A DNA stretch of 64,000 bases, taken from NCBI RefSeq assembly GCF_963921235.1, contig NC_086108.1:88414001-88478000 (forward strand). Direction: 5' to 3'. A program made the position numbers and the translations under genes. This stretch comes from Mobula hypostoma (Eukaryota). The notes under the pieces were generated by a model that saw nothing but the letters and a program-made list of their open reading frames with translations, made no database searches and was not told where the DNA came from. This document shows positions 1 to 11,000 of the stretch, in pieces. Position 1 is the stretch's first letter. Each line of letters starts with the position of its first letter.

Positions 1-1020
1 ATAAGTTTTTGCCTGCTGCCTGCCTTTCCGTTCATCCTCTTTTTTGCCATTCATCTCCAGCCACGCTCACGCCCTCGTCTGCATCCCAACTCTATCTCTG
101 TGCCAGTGTCCTGTGTTTGGGTTCACCCATTCTTCGCAACAGAACGATCTGGCCACCATGGACCCAGCGGACACAAACACCCTTCAACAAGCCCTCACCA
201 GCCAGGGTTCCCTACTGGGACAGCACGACCAACTCCTCCAGGAGGTCATGGAGAACCTTCGTTCCCTGTCTGCTGACGTCACACAGATCGGTAACCAGAT
301 GGACCGTGTTTCCACTCATATCACTCAACCCATTCCTGGAACCCAGCCTAGCCAGCCCAGACCGCCTGTAGTGGCAAACCCCAAGCTTCACCAACAGCCC
401 TACCCAGACAGCCTCATGTACCAGAGCCAGAGCACTATGCGGGAGATGTGGGGAAGTGCTGGGGTTTCCTCCTTCAATGCTCCCTGGTGTTTGAACAGCA
501 GTTGTTGACTTACTCCACAGATAAGTCTAAAATTGCTTATGTCATGGGGTTGCTGCGGGGGAGCGCATTAGCGTGGGCCACAGCAGTTTGGGACAACCAA
601 GTTTATCGCGGAGATGAGAAAAGTTTTCGACCACCCCGTCCATGGTAAAGACGATGCCAAGTGTCTACTCATTCTCTCCCAGGGCTCCCGCAGTGTTGCT
701 GAATTTTCGGTGGAGTTCCAGACGTCAGCAGCCGATTCGGGTTGGAGCAATGAGTCACTCCGGGGATTTTTCTGAATGGACTCAGCCACCTGGTGAAGGA
801 CGAGTTGGCAGCAAGAGACGACACTAAGTTTTGTTTCAATATTGAGGTTTGCCTGTGTAACTCTGTCTCTCCATGTCAAGAGAAACATTTTCTGCCACCT
901 GCCTTTCTGTTCATCCTCCTGTTTGCCATTCAGCTCCAGCCACGCCTACGCCCTCGTCTGCATCCCAACTCTATCTTCATGCCAGTGTCCTGCATTTGGG
1001 TTCACCTGTTCTTTGCAACC
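1..1020 (+). mobile_element. Internally deleted Ty3/Gypsy (sushi/PEG10-like) LTR retrotransposon: end of 5' LTR, frameshifted gag, partial 3' LTR
   Basis: Diverged direct repeats at 1-141 and ~884-1020. Gag starts at ATG 158 (MDPADTNTLQQAL...; [12 protein letters not shown]...[23 protein letters not shown]). No pol sequence. Confidence 0.85.
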
Positions 1021-1290
1021 AATTTAGTGATTCTTGAAAGATTATTACTAATGTCTCCACAATCTCTTCAGCTACCTATTTCAGAGCACTAGAGTGTAGT
1101 CTATCTAGACCAGGAGACTTACCTACAGTACCTTCAGCTTCCTAAGTACCTTCTCCTTAGTCATGACAACTACACTCACTCCTGAATTTCTGGCCTACTT
1201 CTGCTGTCTTCCACACATAAACTGATGCAAGATACTTATTAAGTTCATCAGGCATTTCTTTGCCCCCTGCCCTGCCATTACTACCTCTCC
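1021..1290 (-). mobile_element. Old CR1 ORF2 fragment
   Basis: Translation EMPDELNKYLASV resembles CR1 [13 protein letters not shown]. Confidence 0.65.
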
Positions 1291-1699
1291 AGTATATATG
1301 TACTTTGAGAATAAATTTACTTTGATTTTGAACTTTGAAATACAACAGAATTAATGAAAAGTTACACACAAATGTGACTGACAATCAATGTGCAAAAGAA
1401 GACGAATTGCAAATAAAATAAATGCATAAATAAATAAGACTGAGAAACATGAGCTGTAGAATCCTTTAACGCGAGTCTGCGGGTTATAGAATCTATTCAG
1501 AGATGAGGTGAGTGCCATTATCTTTGCTGGCTGAAAAGCCTGATGATTATAGGTTCATAAGTTCCTGAACCTGGTGGTGTGGGAGGTAAGGCTCCTGTAC
1601 ATCCTTCCTGATGTCAGCAGTAAGAAGAGAGCATGGCTTGGGGGTCCTTGATAATGGACACTACTTTCTAATGGCAGCTCTCTTTGCAGATGTGCCTAA

Positions 1700-4600
1700 T
1701 GGTACATGATTGAGAGCAGAAATGGCAGCTCAGTATTCCAGGATACAGATGCTACAGGTGTAACAGAGGTAGAGGTAAGTGAAGAGGGGGTGTACCATTT
1801 TTGATAAGGGAGGACATAACAACAGTACTTGGAGATGGCATTCTTCGGTACCTCATGAGGTCATATGAGTCGAAATTACACACAAGAAGGCAAGAGTTAC
1901 TACTGGAGCTGTATTATGGACACATACATAGTCAGTGGGAACTTGAGATGCAGGTGTGTAGAGAAATTGCTCATATTTTTTAAAAATAATAGGGTTGTAT
2001 TTGTCAGAAATTTTAATTTCACTGGTATTGTCTGGGCCAGCCAATAAACAGGAAATTAGAAATGTGTGCAATAAAGGAACAGCAGTTATAATGGGTGACT
2101 TCAATCTACATGTAGACTGGGTGAACCAAATTGGTAAAGGTGCTGAGGAAGAGGATTTCTTGGAATGTATGCGGGATGGTTTTTTGAACCAACATGTCGA
2201 GGAACCAACTAGAGAGCAGGCTATTCTGGACTGGGAATTGAGCAATGAGGAAGGGTTAATTAGCGATCTTGTCGTGAGAGGCCCCTTGGGTAAGAGTGAC
2301 CATAATATGGTGGAATTCTTCATTAACATGGAGAGTGACATAGTTAATTCAGAAACAAAGGTTCTGAACTTAAAGAGGGGTAACTTTGAAGGTATGAGAC
2401 GTGAATTAGCTAAGATAGACTGGCAAATGACAGTTAAAGGATTGACGGTGGATATGCAATGGCAAGCATTTAAAGGTTGCATGGATGAACTACAACAATT
2501 GTTCATCCCAGTTTGGCAAAAGAATAAATCAAGGAAGGTAGTGCACCCGTGGCTGACAAGAGAAATTAGGGATAGTATCAATTCCAAAGAAGTAGCATAC
2601 AAATTAGCCAGAGAAAGTGGCTCACCTGAGGACTGGGAGAAATTCAGAGTTCAGCAGAGGAGGACAAAGGGCTTAATTAGGAAGGGGAGAAAAGATTATG
2701 AGAGAAAACTGGCAGGGAACATAAAAACGGACTGTAAAAGCTTTTATAGATATGTAAAAAGGAAAAGACTGATAAAGACAAATGTAGGTCCCCTGCAGAC
2801 AGAAACAGGTGAATTGATTATGGGGAGCAAGGACATGGCAGACCAATTGAATAATTACTTTGGTTCTGTCTTCACTAAGGAGGACATAAATAATCTTCCA
2901 GAAATAGTAAGGGACAGAGGGTCCAGTGAGATGGAGGAACTGAGTGAAATACATGTTAGTAGGGAAGTGGTGTTAGGTAAATTGAAGGGATTGAAGGCAG
3001 ATAAATCCCCAGGGCCAGATGGTCTGCATTCTAGAGTGCTTAAGGAAGTAGCCCAAGAAATAGTGGATGCATTAGTGATAATTTTTCAAAACTCGTTAGA
3101 TTCTGGACTAGTTCCTGAGGATTGGAGGGTGGCTAATGTAACCCCACTTTTTAAAAAAGGAGGGAGAGAGAAACCGGGGAATTATAGGCCGGTTAGCCTA
3201 ACGTCGGTGGTGGGGAAACTGCTGGAGTCAGTTATCAAGGATGTGATAACAGCACATTTGGAAAGCGGTGAAATGATTGGACAAAGTCAGCATGGATTTG
3301 TGAAAGGAAAATCATGTCTGACGAATCTCATAGAATTTTTTGAGGATGTAACTACTAGAGTGGATAGGGGAGAACCAGTGGATGTGGTATATTTGGATTT
3401 TCAAAAGGCTTTTGACAAGGTCCCACACAGGAGATTAGTGTGCAAACTTAAAGCACACGGTATTGGGGGTAAGGTATTGGTGTGGGTGGAGAATTGGTTA
3501 GCAGACAGGAAGCAAAGAGTGGGAATAAACGGGACCTTTTCAGAATGGCAGGCGGTAACTAGTGGGGTACCGCAAGGCTCAGTGCTGGGACCCCAGTTGT
3601 TTACAATATATATTAATGACTTGGATGAGGGAATTAAATGCAGCATCTCCAAGTTTGCGGATGACACGAAGCTGGGTGGCAGTGTTAGCAGTGAGGAGGA
3701 TGCTAAGAGGATGCAGGGTGACTTGAATAGGTTGGGTGAGTGGGCAAACTCATGGCAGATGCAATTTAATGTGGATAAATGTGAAGTTATCCACTTTGGT
3801 GGCAAAAATAGGAAAACAGATTATTATCTGAATGGTGGCCGATTAGGAAAAGGGGAGGTGCAACGAGACCTGGGTGTCATTATACACCAGTCATTGAAAG
3901 TGGGCATGCAGGTACAGCAGGCGGTGAAAAAGGCGAACGGTATGCTGGCATTTATAGCAAGAGGATTCGAGTACAGGAGCAGGGAGGTACTACTGCAGTT
4001 GTACAAGGCCTTGGTGAGACCACACCTGGAGTATTGTGTGCAGTTTTGGTCCCCTAATCTGAGGAAAGACATCTTTGCCATAGAGGGAGTACAAAGAAGG
4101 TTCACCAGATTGATTCCTGGGATGGCAGGTCTTTCATATGAAGAAAGACTGGATGAACTGGGCTTGTACTCGTTGGAATTTAGAAGATTGAGGGGGGATC
4201 TGATTGAAACGTATAAGATCCTAAAGGGATTGGACAGGCTAGATGCGGGAAGATTGTTCCCGATGTTGGGGAGGTCCAGAACGAGGGGTCACAGTTTGAG
4301 GATAGAGGGGAAGCCTTTTAGGACCGAGATTAGGAAAAACTTCTTCACACAGAGTGGTGAATCTGTGGAATTCTCTGCCACAGGAAACAGTTGAGGCCAG
4401 TTTATTGGCTATATTTAAGAGGGAGTTAGATATGGCCCTTGTGGCTAAAGGGATCAGGGGGTATGGAGGGAAGGCTGGGTTCTGAGTTGGATGATCAGCC
4501 ATGATCATAATAAATGGCGGTGCAGGCTCGAAGGGCCGAATGGCCTACTCCTGCACCTATTTTCTATGTTTCTATGTTTCTATGTAAAATGTGAGGAGTC

Positions 4601-4770
4601 TAGATGGGGTGGAATTTGTGATAGATGTCCAGCAAAGGTTTCTAAGTCAATATACAGCGGGCCCTTTTCAGGAGGTTGCAATACTGGACATCCTCTTTGG
4701 GAACGAGGCAAGGCAAATAACTAAAGTGCAATCTGGGACCACTTTGGCTCCAGTGACCATAATTCTAATT
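1700..4770 (+). mobile_element. Old degenerate CR1 endonuclease fragment (~1700-2044 and 4586-4770) split by the young CR1
   Basis: Degraded APE-like coding before 2044 resumes after the young element's tail (LDGVEFV...FLSQY...AILDILFGNE). Confidence 0.6.
2045..4585 (+). mobile_element. Young 5'-truncated CR1 LINE (partial APE endonuclease plus reverse transcriptase)
   Basis: About 780 open codons with [27 protein letters not shown] and FADD motifs; 2-bp deletion near 4351; (TTCTATGT)n tail. Confidence 0.97.
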
Positions 4771-4893
4771 CTCCTCTTTGTTTTATGCCTTTATTGTAAT
4801 GGAATTCAAAACACTGAGGGTTGATATCAATACATATCATGCACATTGTTTCATTTCTTTCCCCATTTGTTTATTTGTTCCCTGAAGACTTAC

Positions 4894-5037
4894 TTGCTGA
4901 ATTTGCTCTTTCATCTCTTTTATGTCATTTTCTCGTGGCTCAATCTGCTGTTTTAACTCCTTAATCTTGTAATCAAGAACAAATTTAAATTTCTCCAGTT
5001 CTTGATTCTTCTTCTTGAGATCATAGATGCGCTTTTC
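4894..5037 (-). CDS. cfap57: cfap57 coding exon 17 ([48 protein letters not shown])
   Basis: CAG|GAA acceptor, CAA|GTAAGT donor, 144 nt. Confidence 0.95.
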
Positions 5038-8000
5038 CTGTAGAAGATCAGAATGTTAGATATAATTTTTGGAGTTGTCATTCCTTGCTTATGTGGAACT
5101 TAGAAGGTAATTCTGTCCTCCACTGGAATGACACTGAAAGCAGCAGAGTTCAAAGAAATTTACATTCATTATGTTGGACTATGCTTAGTTCTATGCTGAT
5201 TTGCTGTAAGTGAAAATGTGCTGTTTCCAATAACCCTTGCTGAAATAGCTAGTCTTATTCAATGATTGATATTACATCATTTGAAGATCGTCAAATCTTT
5301 GTCACTGTTCAGCACAACACAGCACTTTTATTTTCTTCCCAAAGCAATATTTGTATAATTTTCAATGATATGAGTGTTTTGCCACTGATCATTTTTGGTC
5401 TCAGAAGTTAAACAGATTCCTGCATGTTGATATTTGAATGGGATTCCAGTTGAGCTCACAGAAAGACAAGGAGCATCTCACCATATTATTCTGCCTGAGA
5501 ATTACCCAATATTGTTGCTCCTAAGGTGTTCCAAAAGTAAGTGTTATCAGGCCTGGCTTTGATCTTGATAAAAGTTTTGAAGTAACTAAAGTTTATGGAA
5601 AGAGAAGCATAGAACATTATTATTTAACTTTGGTAACAAATGACCATCAGACGATAAGACATAGGAGAGGAATTAGGCCATTCTGTCCATAGAGACTGCT
5701 CCGCCATTGCATCATGGCTGATTTATTAACCCTCTCAACCCCATTCTCCTGCCTTCTTCCCATATCCCTTAACATCCTGACTAATCAAGAATCTATCAAC
5801 CTCTGCTCTAAATATACTCAGTAACTGGCTTCCATAGCAATCTCTGTGATGTACTCCATGGATTCACTATCCTCTGGCTAAAGAAATTTCTCTGTTCTAA
5901 AAGGATGTCCCTCTAGTCTGAGGCTGTGGTCTGTGATCCTAGGCTCACCCACCACAGAAAACATCCTTTCGACATCCACCTAATCTCGGCCTTTTAGGAT
6001 TTGATAGGTTTCAATAAGATTCCTCCTCATTCTTCTAAACTGTACAGGCACAGAGCCATCAAACACTCCTCATATGTTAACTCCTCATACATTTCTGGAA
6101 CAATTCTTGTGAATATTCTTTGGATCCTAGCATATCTTTTCTTATCTTTTCTTAGACAAGAGGTCCAAAACTGCTCACCATTCTCCAAGTGGGGTCTAAC
6201 CAAAACCTCATAAAGCCTCAACATAAGATCCTTGCTCTTATATTCTAGTCCTCTTGAAATTAATTCTATCATTGCATTTGTCTTCCTTATCACCGACTCA
6301 ACCCGCAAGTTAATCTTTAAGAAATCCTGCACAAGGACCTCAAGTCCTTATGTACCTCTGATTTCTGAACTTCTTTATTCCTTCTGAACGTCTTTATTCC
6401 TTCTACCAAGGTGCGTAACCATACACTTCCCTACACTATATTCCCTCTTCTATTAAGAAGAGCTTATTATAAAGGAAGGAGAATATTTAGATTCAAAACT
6501 TGCACTACACGATTAACATCACTAATTATTTTTAAACATGATAATACACGTGTGCATTTTTGCATAATCCCATTCTTTGCTTTGTGTATAATTGCCATTG
6601 GGTTCTCTTCCACTTAGGCAAATTCATTTTCCCTTCCTTGTTATTTCCCAGCTGCCTCACCTTGTCCTGTATCGTCTCATCCCGTTCTAAGATTTCTTTC
6701 TTCAATCCTTGGATATCTTTCTCTAGAGATTTGATGACTCCATGTAACTTATGATGTTCTGCCTTCAGTTTCTCAATTTCTCCTTGTCTGTCTTCAATTT
6801 CCTTTTGCAAGCTGGTAAACTGTGATAAGGAGGAACATTGGAAAGAGATGAAAGGATGGACCAAAATCATTAGACTTTCACACTCAGAGAATCACAAAGC
6901 AATTTTCAAGATAACTAGGTTTCTTGGGTAATTATTCAATGATTGTTAGTGATATTATTGAGAAGATAATATTCTATAAAATAATATCATTGTACCATAT
7001 AAGACAATAGGATTTTAGTTCAGAAAAAGATAGAATGCTCATCATTTTTAGATAACTTGCTGACACACAGATCAAAATTTTTTTCCAACTGCCGAGGGGA
7101 AATATGGAAGTGACAATCTTGTAACCCAAATTGTTTTTTTATGAAAAAGGACCTTTCCATACCTTTTTTCGCATGATTCCTGTTTCTCCTTTCAGTCGGA
7201 GATTTGCCTCCTTCTCATCTCTCAAATCCCGTTCATATTTAATTTTAATGTCCTGAATTTCTCGGTCACAATCCTCCTCTATTTGTTTCTTTGTTTCATC
7301 AGACTCTTTAATCTGCTGCCTGGAGTCATCCTGCAACTAAAATAATTAAGAGTGGAATGATTAGTACAACAGTCAAAAATTTATTAAACTTATTAAGCTG
7401 TGAAAGTGTATGTTTAACTTCTAAGAGGTTAATTAAAATTAATTCCTATTTCATGTTCTTCTATTTTACCTGTGTAATAAGTGTGCCCCTCTCCTGTAGT
7501 TTGGTCTCGTAGTACTCTGTCAGCTCCTCTAATGCTTGGGTCTTACTCTCATCCATTTCACTCAACTGTCTTTCATAATCTTCCTGCATTCGCTGGGACT
7601 TGATTTGCAGCTCCTGGTATTTTTCATATTCCAACATTAATTTCTGATTGTTCATTGTTTCTAAAATTAGAAATATGCATGGAAGTAAATTTGTCTATAA
7701 ATGCACGCAATAGATAACTTGATTCCAGCCTCCACTGGATTATGGCATCTTGAATATATGCATTACACCAAGGAACACAATGAGATAGGACAGGGCAACT
7801 GGAGTGACCATCACCTTGACTTATTCATTGCTTCAGAATCACTTGTTTAACCAAGATTTTAGTTTCTGACCAAGATATTAACCTATACTTTTCCTTTACG
7901 TTCTAATAAGCCTGTTGCATACTTCTCATAAATCTTTATGTGTTTTTTATTGCCATCTAAGCACACAAGAGTGGTGAATCCATGGAACTCTTTGCCTCAG

Positions 8001-11000
8001 GCAGCTGTGGAGGCCAAGTCTGTATGTATTTTAAGGCTGAGGTTGATAGATTCTTCACTGGGCAGGGCATGAAGGGATTCGGGGAGAAGGCAGGAGATTG
8101 GGACTAAGAAGAAAATTGGATCAGCCATGATGAAATGGCAGAGCTGACTTGATGGGCCAAATGGCCTAATTCTGCTCCAATATCTTACGGTCTTATACAA
8201 ACATATATTATAACAACAAAACATGAAATGGCTACCAGTAAGCAGAGGGTCCCAAAACTTTGTAAGCTGCTGTCAGCTTGAACAGCTTCCAAGATCAATA
8301 ATAAATAAAGGTCAATTAGAGAACTGACCACAAGTATAAGATTTTTGCAGTATCATCTATGAATGTATGTCTCCCTGTCAGAAAGGATTCCAAGGCTGAT
8401 TAGTGAAAATGGGAAGCTGTATGTACCCTCTGCTGGCAAGAAACGGCAGATAAAATTGTGAATTTTATCAGTGGCAGGCTGCAGGACAGGGCGCAAGCTG
8501 ATGTTTGGCTCCATTTCTTCGAGTAAAACTCCCATTGTTTGCCGATTACAATGAGGAGGGAGACTGAAGCATTGAAGTGAGTACAGACGGTGAACGCCAG
8601 CTGCCTTTCTTTTGATTCGGTTGCTCTGTACTGGAGAGGGAAGGGTGGAGAGCCTGCTGCTGTGTCTGGGCCAGAAAGTACTGTCCAGGTTTTTTTCTGC
8701 ATTTTGAATTTGAACTTTGGACTACAGACTCTATTTTTCAGTCTTATAGATTTTATATTTTGTGTTTTTTCACCTGATCTTTTTTTTTGTTGGAAGAGGG
8801 GGATCTGGGGGTCATCGATGGGCCTGTTCCATTTTGTTCGTTTTTTGTCTGGGATGAGGGATTTGGGGGGGTTCAATGAGTCGTTTTGTTTTCTTTTTGT
8901 GCAGTGAGAGGGATTTGGGGGTTGATGTGCCTGTTCCATTTCTGTTCATCTTTTTTTTTTGCAGGGAGATGGGATTTGGGGGTGATGACCTTGCTGCCTT
9001 TCTTTTCTTTTTCTTTCTTGGTGTCATGACTACACGGAACATTGTAGAATTTCAGAGATGTATATTTTGAAAATAAATGAAGCTTTGAATTTAATACATG
9101 AAGAACAATTAATAGTAGAAAAGGAGAAATTAGAATAATGCTCTAACATTGTTTTTTGCTATTGTTATTGAATATGTATTTTTATAAAATTGCACTTCAA
9201 CTAATTAGCTTAATTGACTTAAGGAAAGAACTTTTAATTTCAATCTACAATATACATTCAGTAACCACTTTATTAGGTATCTCATGTACCCAATAAAGTG
9301 GCCACTCAGTGTATGTTAATGGCCTTCTGCAGCTGTAGCCAATCCACTTCAAGGCTTAATGTGTTGTCCATTCAGAGATGCTCTTCTGCACAACATTGTT
9401 GTACTGCACGACTATTTAAGTTACTGTTACCTTCTTGTCAGCTTGAACTAATTTGGTCATTCTCCTCTGATCTCTCTATTTACAAGGTGTTTTTGCCCAC
9501 AGAACTGCTGCTCACTGGAAGAAGCACAGTCGACGTTTCAGGCCGAGACCTATGTCAGTACTAACTGAAAGAAGAGATAGTAAGAGATTTGAAAGTGGGA
9601 GGGGGAGGGGGAGATCCAAAATGATAGAAGACAGGAGGGGGAGGGATGGAGCTAAGAGCTGGAAAGTTGATTGGCAAAAGGGATACAAGGCTGGAGAAGG
9701 GAGAGGATCATGGGACGGGAGGCCTACGGAGAAAGAAAGGGGGAGGGGAGTGTCAGAGGAAGATGGAGAGCAGGCAAGGAGTAATTGTGAGAGGGACAGA
9801 GAGAGAAAAAAGAGAGAGAGATAAAAAAGGGGAAAATAAATAAATAAATAGATAGATAAATAGATAGATAGATAGATAAATAAATAAATAAATAAGGGAT
9901 GGGGGTAAGAACGGGAGGAGGGGCATTAACAGGTTAGAGAAGTCAATGTTCATGCCATCAGGTTGGAGGCTACCCAGACGGAATATAAGGTGTTGTTCCT
10001 CCAACCTGAGTGTGGCTTCATCTTTACAGTAGAGGAGGCTGTGGATAGACATATCAGAATGGGAATGGGATGTGGAATTAAAATGTGTGGCCACTGGGAG
10101 ATCCTGCTTTCTTTGGTGAACAGAGCGTAGGTGTTCAGCGAAACTGTCTCCCAGTCTGCATTGGGACTCACTAATATACAGAAGGCCTCACCAGGAGCAC
10201 CGGACGCAGTATATCACTCCAGCCGACTCACAGGTGAAGTGTCGCCTCACCTGGAAGAACTGTCTGGGGCCCTCAGTGGTGGTGAGGGAGGAAGTGTAAG
10301 GGCATGTATAGCACTTGTTCCGCTTACAAGGATAGGTGCCGGGAGGGAGATCGGTGGGAAGGGATGGGGGGGACGAATGGACAAGGGAGTCGCGTAGGGT
10401 GCGATCGCTGTGGAAAGCAGAAAAGGAAAGATGTGCTTAGTGGTGGGATCCCGTTGGAGGTGCTTAGTGGTGGGATCCCATTGGAGGTGGCAGAAGTTAC
10501 GGAGAATTATATGTTGGACCTAGAGGCTGGTGGGGTGGTAGGTGAGGACAAGGGGAACCCTATCCTTAGTGGGGTGGCGGGAGGATGGGGTGAGATCAGA
10601 TGTGCGTGAAATGGGAGAGATGCATTTGAGAGCAGAATTGATGATAGAGGAAGGGAAGCCCTTTTCTTTAAAAAGGGAAGACATCTCCTTTGTCCTGGAA
10701 TGAAATGCCTCATCCTGAGAGCAAATGTGGTGGAGACGAAGGAATTGCGAGAAGGGGATGGCATTTTTGCAAGAGACAGGGTGGGAAGAGGAATGGTCCA
10801 GGTAGCTGTGAGAGTCCATAGGCTTATAGTAGACATCAGTAGATAAGCTGTCTCCAGAGACAGAGACAGTAAGATCAAGAAAGGGGAGGGAGGTGTCGGA
10901 AATGGACCAGGTAAATTTGAGGGCAGGGTGAAAGTTGGAGGCAAAGTTAATGAAGTTAACGAGCTCAGCATGCATGCAGGAAGCAGCGTCAATGCAGTCA

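Noticed and set aside
158..826. Domesticated PEG10/RTL-like gag gene
   Set aside because: Multiple frameshifts and retained LTR remnants indicate a decayed transposon.
1853..2602. 249-aa minus-strand ORF, and similar antisense ORFs over CR1 and Hero elements (e.g. 38762-39373, 27977-28417)
   Set aside because: Antisense shadows of retrotransposon coding sequence with no independent gene signals.
8400..8939. 179-aa Lys/Pro-rich ORF
   Set aside because: Arises from low-complexity G/T-tract tandem units.
10432..10488. 27-bp tandem duplication (VLSGGIPLE twice in the ORF track)
   Set aside because: Local slippage inside a dead Penelope copy; the ORF is antisense to the element.
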